Source: Lawsonibacter faecis (GTDB lineage Bacteria; Bacillota; Clostridia; Oscillospirales; Oscillospiraceae). Taken from it: a DNA stretch of 64,000 nucleotides. Positions 47,144-55,209 of the stretch are shown piece after piece. The notes beneath the pieces were generated by a model, which did not search any database, was not told the origin of the DNA, and was given only the letters and a program-made list of their open reading frames with translations. The stretch spans positions 168,649 through 232,648 of the forward strand of contig NZ_JACOPQ010000002.1 of the NCBI RefSeq assembly GCF_014287675.1, in the 5' to 3' direction. Positions within the stretch are counted from its first letter, which is position 1. Each line of letters starts with the position of its first letter. The translations under genes and the position numbers were made by a program.

Positions 47144-47183
47144 CCTCCGGTGGCGGGGAAACGCCATTCAAAATCAAGATATA

Positions 47184-47230
47184 CAGCGGGGACCCGCAGG
47201 CCTTTGGCCTGCGGGTCCCCGCTGTTTTTC
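47184..47230 (+). terminator. Strong rho-independent terminator ending the gal operon
   Basis: cagcggggacccgcaggcc-tttg-gcctgcgggtccccgctg + tttttc. Confidence 0.85.
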
Positions 47231-47306
47231 GCCTATAGACGGAACAAGAGCCGAACGCCCGCTCCTGACGTTCGGCTCCCGCACCAAGGAAAGAGGATAC
47301 AATGAA

Positions 47307-47456
47307 ATGAAGAAAGCTGTCTCTTGCAAGTGTTATGATACAGGTAAGTTGTTACGGATTCACTCCTCAAATGTTACAAGGACTTTAAATCTTTTTGGAC
47401 AGTCTGTAAAGCCCGGCGGGAGATGTTCAAATCCACCAGATTGTGCTATACTATGA
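47307..47456 (+). CDS. Candidate small ORF (49 aa, 4 Cys) in the AT-rich leader of the radical-SAM operon; uncertain
   Basis: aggaaagagga RBS 9 nt before ATG; MKKAVSCKCYDTGKLLRIHSSNVTRTLNLFGQSVKPGGRCSNPPDCAIL. Codon usage is AT-rich and atypical for this genome, and a predicted promoter overlaps its 3' end. Confidence 0.25.
   Translation: MKKAVSCKCYDTGKLLRIHSSNVTRTLNLFGQSVKPGGRCSNPPDCAIL
47426..47452 (+). promoter_or_regulatory. Possible extended -10 promoter for the acyltransferase/radical-SAM operon
   Basis: TTCAAA, 15-nt spacer, TGcTATACT. Confidence 0.35.
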
Positions 47457-47489
47457 CAAAGTTTACCTTTTGGAGAGGGCGTGCGGGCC

Positions 47490-48572
47490 ATGGAACTGCG
47501 CTATGCGAACACCCGGCGGGAGCAGGGGGACTACCTGCGCTTTCTTGAGTCGGTCTACCGGGGCGACCCCTGCTTCCGCAGCGCCAATTCCTACCTCCTC
47601 CGCCGGCTCTTCCGCGGCGCCTCCCCCTTCTGCGAGGACCGGGAGATTCTGCCCGCGATGGTGTATGACGGCGGGAGACCGGCGGCCCAGGCGGTGTTCA
47701 TCGCCGCGGGGACGGAGTATCCCGCGCTGCAGCTCGCCTTCTTTGAGGCCCTGCCGGGGCAGGAGGCCGCGGTGGATCTGCTGCTTGCGGAGGGGCGCGC
47801 CCTCTGCCGGGCCAGGGGCCTGCACCGAATCACCGTGGGGCTCAACGGCCATGTGAACTACGGCCTGGGACTGCTGCTGGACGCTCCGGACGCCCCGCCG
47901 GTCTTCGGCTGCGGGTACAACCCCGGCTACTACGCGGACTACTTCGCCCGGCCGGGGCTGCGGGAGGTCCCCATGACCTCCTACCGCTGGAGCATGCCCG
48001 CCGCGGCCCTGGCGCGGTACGGTCCCTACTGCCGCCGCCTGGAGGGGAGATACACCCTGCGCACCGTGTCCGCCCGGACCCTGCGCCGGGACGCGGCCCT
48101 CTACGCGGACCTGTGCAACCGCTGCTTCGAGGGCCACCCCTTCTACTACCCCCGCCGGGCGGAGGAGGACTATGAGATGCTGAGGGAGCTGCTCCTCCTG
48201 GCCGGGCCGGAATTTCTGATACTAGCCTTCCAGGGGGACGCCCTCTGCGGCCTGGCGCTGTGGTACCCCGATTTCAACGAGCTGATTTCCCCCGGCGGCG
48301 GGATAGGCCCCGCCGCCCTGCTGCGCATCAAGCTCCTCCCCCGCAGGATAAGGCAGATGAAGCTGGCCCAGCTGGCCGTCCTGCCGGAGCACAGCCGCAG
48401 GGGCCTCCCCCTGCTCCTGCTGCGGGAGGTGAGCCGCCGGTGCGCCGGGCGGTTCACCGGCGGCGAATCCTCCTGGATACTGGACGGAAACAGCCTCTCC
48501 GCCGATCTCACAACGGCCCTGGGCGGCGCGCCGTACCGCCGCTACGCGGCCTGGGAAATGGATGTGGACTGA
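47490..48572 (+). CDS. Tandem-GNAT (FemAB-like) acyl/aminoacyl transferase family protein 1
   Basis: About 360-aa two-lobe protein with a C-terminal GNAT-like region (LAQLAVLPEHSRRGLPLLLL); RBS ggagaggg; first gene of a coupled five-gene operon. Confidence 0.55.
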   Translation: MELRYANTRREQGDYLRFLESVYRGDPCFRSANSYLLRRLFRGASPFCEDREILPAMVYDGGRPAAQAVFIAAGTEYPALQLAFFEALPGQEAAVDLLLAEGRALCRARGLHRITVGLNGHVNYGLGLLLDAPDAPPVFGCGYNPGYYADYFARPGLREVPMTSYRWSMPAAALARYGPYCRRLEGRYTLRTVSARTLRRDAALYADLCNRCFEGHPFYYPRRAEEDYEMLRELLLLAGPEFLILAFQGDALCGLALWYPDFNELISPGGGIGPAALLRIKLLPRRIRQMKLAQLAVLPEHSRRGLPLLLLREVSRRCAGRFTGGESSWILDGNSLSADLTTALGGAPYRRYAAWEMDVD

Positions 48573-49563
48573 TATGGAGGAGTGCAGGCATACCGTTCTG
48601 CCCGCCCCCACGCCGGAGCTTTTATCCGCCCTGCCGGGCATCGGCCCCCTGGGGGACCCCCGGCTCTGGGCGGGCGCGGCACGGGGCAGCGGCGTTGCCG
48701 TGGAGTGCCATCTGCTGGAGCGGGGCGGGGAGCGCGCCTTCTGCTCCGTCTACCCCCTGCGGCTCAATCTGCTGACCTACAGCCGGGCGCGCCTCTCGTG
48801 GCCGGTCCGGCTGTGCGCCCTCCCCTGCTCGGTCGGCGCGCCGGGGTACTGGGCCTCCTCCCCCGGGATGCGTGAGCTGCTCTTCCGCTACCTCGCCGCC
48901 CTCCCCGGCGGGCTGCTGGTGCTGAATACGGAGGAGTTTCAGGACACGCCCGGCTTCGTCCGGGGCCGCACCCTGCCCGCCTGCGTGCTGGATCTGCGCT
49001 GGGACAGCTTTGAGGCGTATATGGGCAGCCTCCGCGCCCCCTACCGCCGCAGGCTCCGGCTGGCGCGGGCGGCCCTGCCGGGGCTTGCGATCCGGGATTT
49101 GCCCCGGCGGGAGTTCACCCAGGGGCACTACGCCCTCTATGAGAATATCTACCGGCGGTCCGCCTTCCCCGTGGAGAAGCTGACCATCGACTTCTTCCGG
49201 GACCTGCCCGGCGAGCTGGTGGAGTTCTCCCTGGACGGAGAGTGCGTGGGCTTCGTCCAGCTCCTGGGCCGGGGGGACACCCTCTGGTTCTTCTTCTGCG
49301 GCATGGCGGACGGCCTGCCGTGGCGGGCGGACCTCTACTATCTGATGCTCTGCGAGATTGTCCGCCGGGGCATCGAGGGCGGCTACCGGACCGTCGACCT
49401 GGGCCAGACCACCGAGGAGACCAAGACCCGCTTCGGCGCCCGCATTGAGGAGCGGGGCTTCTATGCCCGCCACGCCAACCCCCTCGTGCACAGGCTGCTC
49501 GCCGCCGGAAAGGGGCTGCTGGAGTACCGGGACGTCCCCGCAGCGCACAGACCATTCAAATAG
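48562..49563 (+). CDS. Tandem-GNAT (FemAB-like / Acetyltransf_6-like) acyltransferase family protein 2
   Basis: C-terminal half LYENIYRRSAFPVEKLTIDFFRDL...GECVGFVQLLGRGDTLWFFFCGMADG...YYLMLCEIVRRGIEGGYRTVDLGQT...KTRFGA matches the FemAB-like GNAT fold; overlaps the upstream stop (alternative start 48574). Confidence 0.6.
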   Translation: MWTDMEECRHTVLPAPTPELLSALPGIGPLGDPRLWAGAARGSGVAVECHLLERGGERAFCSVYPLRLNLLTYSRARLSWPVRLCALPCSVGAPGYWASSPGMRELLFRYLAALPGGLLVLNTEEFQDTPGFVRGRTLPACVLDLRWDSFEAYMGSLRAPYRRRLRLARAALPGLAIRDLPRREFTQGHYALYENIYRRSAFPVEKLTIDFFRDLPGELVEFSLDGECVGFVQLLGRGDTLWFFFCGMADGLPWRADLYYLMLCEIVRRGIEGGYRTVDLGQTTEETKTRFGARIEERGFYARHANPLVHRLLAAGKGLLEYRDVPAAHRPFK

Positions 49564-49574
49564 AGGAGGTCTCC

Positions 49575-50888
49575 ATGAAAATTCTGCTTGTCCGCCCCAA
49601 ATTCTTCTCCCTGGTCGCCAACCTGGAGCCCTTGGGGCTGGAATACCTGGGCGGGGCCCTCCGGGAGGAGGGCATCCCCTACGAGATATGGGACGAGTTT
49701 CAGGCCCCCTTCGCCCTCCGCTTCACCCGGCTGCGGCGGAAAATCCGCCGGGAGCGCTTTACCGCGGTGGGCTTCAGCGTGAACGCCAACACCGCCGACG
49801 AGGTGCGGGAGAAGGCCCGCGCCCTCAAGGCGGAGTTTCCCCGGCTCACCGTTCTGGTGGGCGGGCCGGAGGCGGAGGTCAACTACCGGGACTTCTGCAC
49901 CGAGGGCGTGGACTTCGTCTGCTACGACTACGGCGTGGAGACCTTCCGCGCCATGTGCGCCTCCGGGTTTGACCCGGCGGCAGCAGCCGCCCTGCCCGGA
50001 CTGGCCCGGCGGACGGGGGACGGCTGGGTGTGCAATCCCCCGGCGCCGCCCGTCTCCAACTTCACCGTCCAGCCCGACCGGGAGCCCATGCGCCGGAGCT
50101 GGAGGCGCAACTTCATCTTCGGCAAGGGGCCCCACGCCCTGGTGAAGGCCTCCTTCAGCTGTCCCTTCCGCTGCGCCTTCTGCTACTGCACCATGATGAA
50201 CGGCGGGGTTTACACGCAGCGGCCCCTCAGCGACGTGCTGGCCGACATCGAGGCGCTGGAGGCGGAGCGCATCTGGCTGGTGGACGACGATTTTCTCCTG
50301 AACCGGGAACGGGTGGTGGAATTCTGCGATCTGGTGCTGAAAAGGGGCGTCCGAAAGCAGTTCATGGCCTACGCCCGGGCCGACTTCCCGGCGGAGCACC
50401 CGGACCTCCTCCCCCTGCTCTACCGGGCGGGCTTCCGGGACATTCTGGTGGGGCTGGAGGCCGCCGACGACGCCACCCTGGACGCCTACCACAAGGAGAC
50501 GGGCAGGGCGGTCAACGAGGCGGCCATCCGCAATCTCCGGGCCGCGGGGCTGGTGTGCAACGGCCTTTTCGTGGTGAGCCACGCCGCCACCCGGGAGGAT
50601 TTCCGCAATCTCCTGGACTTTATCCGCAAAAACAGGCTCCTATGGGTGGTCTTCGGCATCTTCACGCCCTACAAGGGGAGCGACGCCTATGAGGAATACC
50701 GGGACAGGCTGCTCACCCGCAAAGCCAAAAAGCTGGACGGCCTCCATGTGACCATCCGGCCCGAGCATATGTCCAAGCTCATGTTCTACCTGCGGGTCGT
50801 CCTGCTCCACGCCGCCACCTACCCCAAGCTCCTCTTCCGCATCCTCCGGGGCACCGCCTACGATACGGAGAAGGACGGGTGGTGGTGA
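49575..50888 (+). CDS. Cobalamin-binding radical SAM protein (class B) 1
   Basis: N-terminal B12-binding-like domain (MKILLVRPKF...LGLEYLGGAL). CxxxCxxC motif SFSCPFRCAFCYC. RBS gaggagg. Confidence 0.8.
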   Translation: MKILLVRPKFFSLVANLEPLGLEYLGGALREEGIPYEIWDEFQAPFALRFTRLRRKIRRERFTAVGFSVNANTADEVREKARALKAEFPRLTVLVGGPEAEVNYRDFCTEGVDFVCYDYGVETFRAMCASGFDPAAAAALPGLARRTGDGWVCNPPAPPVSNFTVQPDREPMRRSWRRNFIFGKGPHALVKASFSCPFRCAFCYCTMMNGGVYTQRPLSDVLADIEALEAERIWLVDDDFLLNRERVVEFCDLVLKRGVRKQFMAYARADFPAEHPDLLPLLYRAGFRDILVGLEAADDATLDAYHKETGRAVNEAAIRNLRAAGLVCNGLFVVSHAATREDFRNLLDFIRKNRLLWVVFGIFTPYKGSDAYEEYRDRLLTRKAKKLDGLHVTIRPEHMSKLMFYLRVVLLHAATYPKLLFRILRGTAYDTEKDGWW

Positions 50889-50889
50889 G

Positions 50890-52248
50890 ATGAACGTGCT
50901 GCTCCTCCGCCCCAGACCCCACAGGGAGACCATCGGACTGCAGAACGTGATGATCTGCGAGCCGCTGGAGCTGGAGTACCTGGCCGCCGCGCTCCTGGAG
51001 GCGGGACACCGGGTGGAGATCGTGGATCTGATTCTGGACCGCCGCCCCCTGGAGCGGATTACGGCGCAGTTCCAGCCCCGGCTGGTGGGCATCACAGGGT
51101 ACGTCGCCCATGTGAACGTGGTGAAGGCCCTGGCGGCCCGGGTCAAGGCGCTGGTCCCGGGCGTATGGGTGGCGGTGGGCGGCGTCCACGCCGAGGTGGT
51201 TCCCCGGGACTGGGAGGACCCCGCCGTCGACTTCATCCTCACCGCCGGGGGCGGGCGTACCCTGACCGCCCTGGCCGACGCCCTGGAGCAGGGCTGCGCG
51301 CCCCCGGCGGAGGGCGTCTGGAACCCGGAAGACCCCGTCCGGCGGCCCAACGCCCCGGATCTCTCCGCCCCCCTCCCCTGGCGGGAGGGCGTGGCGCGCT
51401 ACCGCAGGCGCTATTACTACATGTTCCACCGGGACTGCGCCCTGGTGAAGACCTCCTACGGCTGCCCCTACGAGTGCTCCTTCTGCTTCTGCCGGCAGGT
51501 GACCGGATACGCCGCCCGGCCTGTGGCGGACGTGCTGGACGAGCTGGAGACCATCCCCCAGAAGGAAATCTATCTGGTGGACGACGATTTTCTCTTCAAC
51601 GAGGCCCGGCTGGCCGCCTTCTGCGGCGCTCTGGAGGCGCGGGGCATCCGCAAGCGGTACCTGGTCTACGGCCGGGCCGACTTCATAGCCGCCCACGAGA
51701 GCCTCATCGACCGGCTGCGGAGAAACGGACTGAGGGCGGTGATCATCGGCCTGGAGTCCGCCGACGACCGGGAGCTGGACCGCTATCAGAAGCACTCCAC
51801 CGCCCAGACCAACGAGGACGCGGTGCGCATTCTGCAAAGGTGCGGCGTGGAGTGTTACGGAGCCTTCGTCCTGGGCCCGGACTGGGGGAAGGACGAGTTT
51901 CGCGCCCTGGCCCGGTGGATAAAGCGCCTGGGCATCACCTTCGTCAATCTGCAGCCCCTGACGCCCCTGAAGGGCACGCCGGAGTTCGGGGCCTGGCGGG
52001 ACAGGCTCATCGTCCCGGCGGAGGAATTTGAAAAGTGGGACATGGCCCATCTGGTGGTGCGGCCGGGAAAGCTCAGCGTGCGGCAGTACTATTGGCAGAT
52101 GACCCTGCTCTACTGGAAGACCATGGCCAACCCCGCCCGGGCCTGGGGCATGGCGAGGCGTTACGGCTTTTTAGAGACCCTGAAGCTCTCCCTGGGGGCC
52201 ATGAGGGTCAACTGGCAGTACATCAAAAAGATAGTCAGGGGGAAATGA
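50890..52248 (+). CDS. Cobalamin-binding radical SAM protein (class B) 2
   Basis: B12-binding-like N-domain (MNVLLLRPRP...LELEYLAAAL); CxxxCxxC SYGCPYECSFCFC; the start lies 1 nt after the preceding stop. Confidence 0.8.
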   Translation: MNVLLLRPRPHRETIGLQNVMICEPLELEYLAAALLEAGHRVEIVDLILDRRPLERITAQFQPRLVGITGYVAHVNVVKALAARVKALVPGVWVAVGGVHAEVVPRDWEDPAVDFILTAGGGRTLTALADALEQGCAPPAEGVWNPEDPVRRPNAPDLSAPLPWREGVARYRRRYYYMFHRDCALVKTSYGCPYECSFCFCRQVTGYAARPVADVLDELETIPQKEIYLVDDDFLFNEARLAAFCGALEARGIRKRYLVYGRADFIAAHESLIDRLRRNGLRAVIIGLESADDRELDRYQKHSTAQTNEDAVRILQRCGVECYGAFVLGPDWGKDEFRALARWIKRLGITFVNLQPLTPLKGTPEFGAWRDRLIVPAEEFEKWDMAHLVVRPGKLSVRQYYWQMTLLYWKTMANPARAWGMARRYGFLETLKLSLGAMRVNWQYIKKIVRGK

Positions 52249-52250
52249 AC

Positions 52251-53564
52251 ATGAAACTGCTCCTCATCCAGTCCACCCCCTACGACCTGGAGCGCAGGCC
52301 GGTGAAGAAAAAGCGGCTCTACTTCGTGGGGCTGGCCTTCCCCATTCTGGCGGCTCTGACGCCGGCGGACTGGGAGGTGGAGGTCTGCCTGGAGACCATT
52401 GAGGACATCCCCTGGGATACCGACGCGGACCTCGTGGGCATCAGCAGCATGGGCCACGCCGTCATCCGCTCCATCGATATCGCGGCGGAGTTTCGCCGCC
52501 GGGGGAAAACGGTGGTGATGGGCGGGTACATGACCAGCCTCATGCCCGGGGAGGCCGCCAAGCACTGCGACAGCGTCATCGTGGGGGACGGCGAGACGGT
52601 CTGGGCGGAGATGCTCTCAGACTTCGCGCGGGGAGAGCTGAAGCCCCGGTACGAGAGGCCGGTGGAAGCCCTCACCTGGCCCCTGCCCCGGTACGAGCTG
52701 CTGCTCGGCAAGAAAATCGGCAGCTTTCTCCCGGTCCAGGCGGGCCGGGGCTGCCCCCACAGCTGCTCCTTCTGCTCGGTCTACTGCCTGTACCATAACC
52801 GCTACCTCCAGCGGCCGCTGGAGGAGGTGGTCCGGGACATCAGGCGTGTCAGGGAGCTGGGCTTTCGCCGCTTCCTCCTCCTGGACGACAACATCTGCGC
52901 CAACCCCGGCTATATGTCCGCCCTCTGCGACGAGATTAAGAAGCTCGGCATGACCTGGTTCTCCCAGTGCTCCATCAACATCGCCAGGCAGCCGGAGCTT
53001 CTCAGAAAGGCCGCGGAGAGCGGGTGCATCGCCCTCTCCTTCGGGCTGGAGAGTATCTCCAGGGAGAGCCTGGAGGCCATGGACAAGGGCTGGGAGGACC
53101 CGGGGGAATACCGGCGGCTGCTCGGCATCATCGCCGACGCGGGGATCGACATCTCCACCGAGATGGTGGTGGGGGCCGACGGGGACACCCTGGAGTCCAT
53201 CGCCGCCACCGCCGCCTTCATCGAGGAGAGCGGCGCGGTGGTCCCCCGGTTTTACATTCTCACCCCCATCCCGGGCACCCTGTTCCACAAGCAGATGGAG
53301 GAGCAGGGGCGGATTTGGAACCACGATATGTACTCCTACAACGCCGCCGAGGCCGTCCACATCCCCAGGCATATGACCCCGGAGGAGCTGACCAAGGCCT
53401 ACTGGGATCTCTACGAGGCGGTTTTTGCCTACAAGAGCATCTTTAAACGCACGGTGCTGCACCGCCGCTTCTGGCGCAGGCCCTTCATGTACCTCTTCTA
53501 CCTGGGGGTGAACCTCTTTTACAGGGGGCAGATCAAACGGCGGATTACGCCGAATATTATTTGA
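52251..53564 (+). CDS. Cobalamin-binding radical SAM protein (class B) 3
   Basis: B12-binding-like N-domain; CxxxCxxC GRGCPHSCSFCSV; the start lies 2 nt after the preceding stop. Confidence 0.8.
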   Translation: MKLLLIQSTPYDLERRPVKKKRLYFVGLAFPILAALTPADWEVEVCLETIEDIPWDTDADLVGISSMGHAVIRSIDIAAEFRRRGKTVVMGGYMTSLMPGEAAKHCDSVIVGDGETVWAEMLSDFARGELKPRYERPVEALTWPLPRYELLLGKKIGSFLPVQAGRGCPHSCSFCSVYCLYHNRYLQRPLEEVVRDIRRVRELGFRRFLLLDDNICANPGYMSALCDEIKKLGMTWFSQCSINIARQPELLRKAAESGCIALSFGLESISRESLEAMDKGWEDPGEYRRLLGIIADAGIDISTEMVVGADGDTLESIAATAAFIEESGAVVPRFYILTPIPGTLFHKQMEEQGRIWNHDMYSYNAAEAVHIPRHMTPEELTKAYWDLYEAVFAYKSIFKRTVLHRRFWRRPFMYLFYLGVNLFYRGQIKRRITPNII

Positions 53565-53569
53565 CGCCG

Positions 53570-53612
53570 GCAAAGAAGGGGCATTTGGCTCAGCCAAATG
53601 CCCCTTCTTTGC
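53570..53612. terminator. Bidirectional terminator between the radical-SAM operon and vanY-like gene
   Basis: gcaaagaaggggcatttggct-c-agccaaatgccccttctttgc 21-bp stem. Confidence 0.85.
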
Positions 53613-53614
53613 GA

Positions 53615-54427
53615 TTATCGGGCCGTTTCGCTCTCAAGGTATTCCTCCAGGCAGAGGCCCTGCGTATAAATCTCCCGGGCCGCGGCCTGTCCCACGTAGC
53701 GGTAGTGCCAGGGCTCGTAGATGATGCCGGTGGTTTCGCTCTTCCCGCCGGGGTAGCGGAGGATGAAGCCGTACTCCCAGCTGTGGTCCATCAGCCACTT
53801 CTGGACGGCGGTCTCCTCCTGGCTCTCGTTCAGGTTCTGGTTATTGAGGTCCACAATATCCACCGCAAGGCCCAGCTGGTGCTCGCTGGTGCCGGGCACA
53901 GCCACGGCCTTGGCGGCCTCGGTCTCCGCCTCCGCCCGCGCATACCCCAGGGCGAGGAGCTTGTCCACCTGGTTATTGTAGAGCCGCTCCTGCCTGTCCG
54001 TCGAGCGGTAGGCGGAGCAGATCACCGGCGAGAGGCCCGCCGCCCGGCAGTCGTCCATCATCTCCTGGAGGGCGGGATAGCAGCGCTCGTCCACGAAGAG
54101 GCCGTTTTTCAGCTTCACCAGGGTCGCCTCGTACCCTTCGGGGAGGGGGTTCCAGGGGTTGACCAGAAGCAGCCGCCAGTCGTCGGCGGCGGGCTTGTCC
54201 GCCGCCGGATCGGACGCCGGGGGAGAAACGGCGTCCGGGGACACGGGCTGCGCCTCCTCCTGTACCACAAGCGTATCAATGCCGCCGGACGGCCATTCGG
54301 CCACCCAGCGGGCCCCCATGAGCAGCAGTCCCACCGCCACCGCCCCGGCCACCGCCAGCCGTGTACCTACGGTCCGCCGCCTGCGCCGCCGCGCGCGTAC
54401 CATGCCGTTTCCGTCTCTGCGTCCCAT
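53615..54427 (-). CDS. D-alanyl-D-alanine carboxypeptidase, VanY / peptidase M15B family, membrane-anchored
   Basis: SAYRSTDRQERLY, SEHQLGLAVD and EPWHYRYVG zinc-peptidase motifs; N-terminal Arg-rich + TM anchor. Start set at Met37 of ORF 53615..54535. Confidence 0.8.
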   Translation of the reverse strand: MGRRDGNGMVRARRRRRRTVGTRLAVAGAVAVGLLLMGARWVAEWPSGGIDTLVVQEEAQPVSPDAVSPPASDPAADKPAADDWRLLLVNPWNPLPEGYEATLVKLKNGLFVDERCYPALQEMMDDCRAAGLSPVICSAYRSTDRQERLYNNQVDKLLALGYARAEAETEAAKAVAVPGTSEHQLGLAVDIVDLNNQNLNESQEETAVQKWLMDHSWEYGFILRYPGGKSETTGIIYEPWHYRYVGQAAAREIYTQGLCLEEYLESETAR

Positions 54428-54513
54428 ATGAAAAATCACCCTTCTTTCTGTTGATGACAACAGGATAGAGGGGTGATTCCTCATGCCGGCAACGCTCCGG
54501 CATCCAAACGGCA

Positions 54514-55209
54514 TCAGAGGTTGAAATAAATCCATTCGCCCCGCAGGCGCAGGGCGGCCGACCGCCCGGAGGCCTCGCCCTCCGCCGCTTTAAAGAAGGT
54601 AAGGAGATAATCGCCGGACCCCTCCCCGTGGGCCTCCAGCGCGGCACTCACCTCATCCACGGGGTAATTGGTGCGGCAGTACTCCGCCACGGCCATGACG
54701 GACTCCTGGTACGGGCTTTTCACAAAGCTCACCGTGGGGACCCCCACCCGGATCTGGAGGGCCACCATCAGGCCGCTGCCGTCGTCCAGCCAGAGGGTTT
54801 CCCGGACGCCTGCGTCATCCGTCCACACGCAGCGCCAGTAGACGGCGCAGAGGCCCGGGTCCTCCCGGCTGGTGATGAGTACCGGCGTGACTGCGGGGAC
54901 GGTATAGACCATCCCCAGGGCCGACAGCTTGACCATCGTATCGGTGGCGGCGGCCCGGACCTCCTCCGCCGTCATCCGGCGGCCCCCGGCCAGCTCCACC
55001 TGGGACTGCCCCAGGTCGAAGAACGCCAGGGCCTCAAGGACGTCCATGTCCTGGGTCAGTACCAGCGAGACCTGGACGTCCTCCCGCTGGGAGATCTCCC
55101 CCAGCAGCCGCCGGTCCAGGGCCAGCGCGGTGATGCGCGGCAGGGCCGCGCCCACGCACAGAAGCAGGAGCGTGAGGAGGATGGGTATCAGCTTAGCAGC
55201 CCGCTTCAT
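54514..55209 (-). CDS. Secreted/membrane hypothetical protein co-transcribed with the two-component system
   Basis: Signal/TM N-terminus MKRAAKLIPILLTLLLLCVGA; overlaps the HK stop. Confidence 0.55.
   Translation of the reverse strand: MKRAAKLIPILLTLLLLCVGAALPRITALALDRRLLGEISQREDVQVSLVLTQDMDVLEALAFFDLGQSQVELAGGRRMTAEEVRAAATDTMVKLSALGMVYTVPAVTPVLITSREDPGLCAVYWRCVWTDDAGVRETLWLDDGSGLMVALQIRVGVPTVSFVKSPYQESVMAVAEYCRTNYPVDEVSAALEAHGEGSGDYLLTFFKAAEGEASGRSAALRLRGEWIYFNL

Noticed and set aside
49575-53564. Annotating the three B12-radical SAM genes as a specific known enzyme (HpnP, PoyC/TsrM-like methyltransferase, etc.)
   Set aside because: Only the generic B12-binding + CxxxCxxC architecture is visible. 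There is no hopanoid, thiopeptide or proteusin context in the window, so a specific name would be unsupported.
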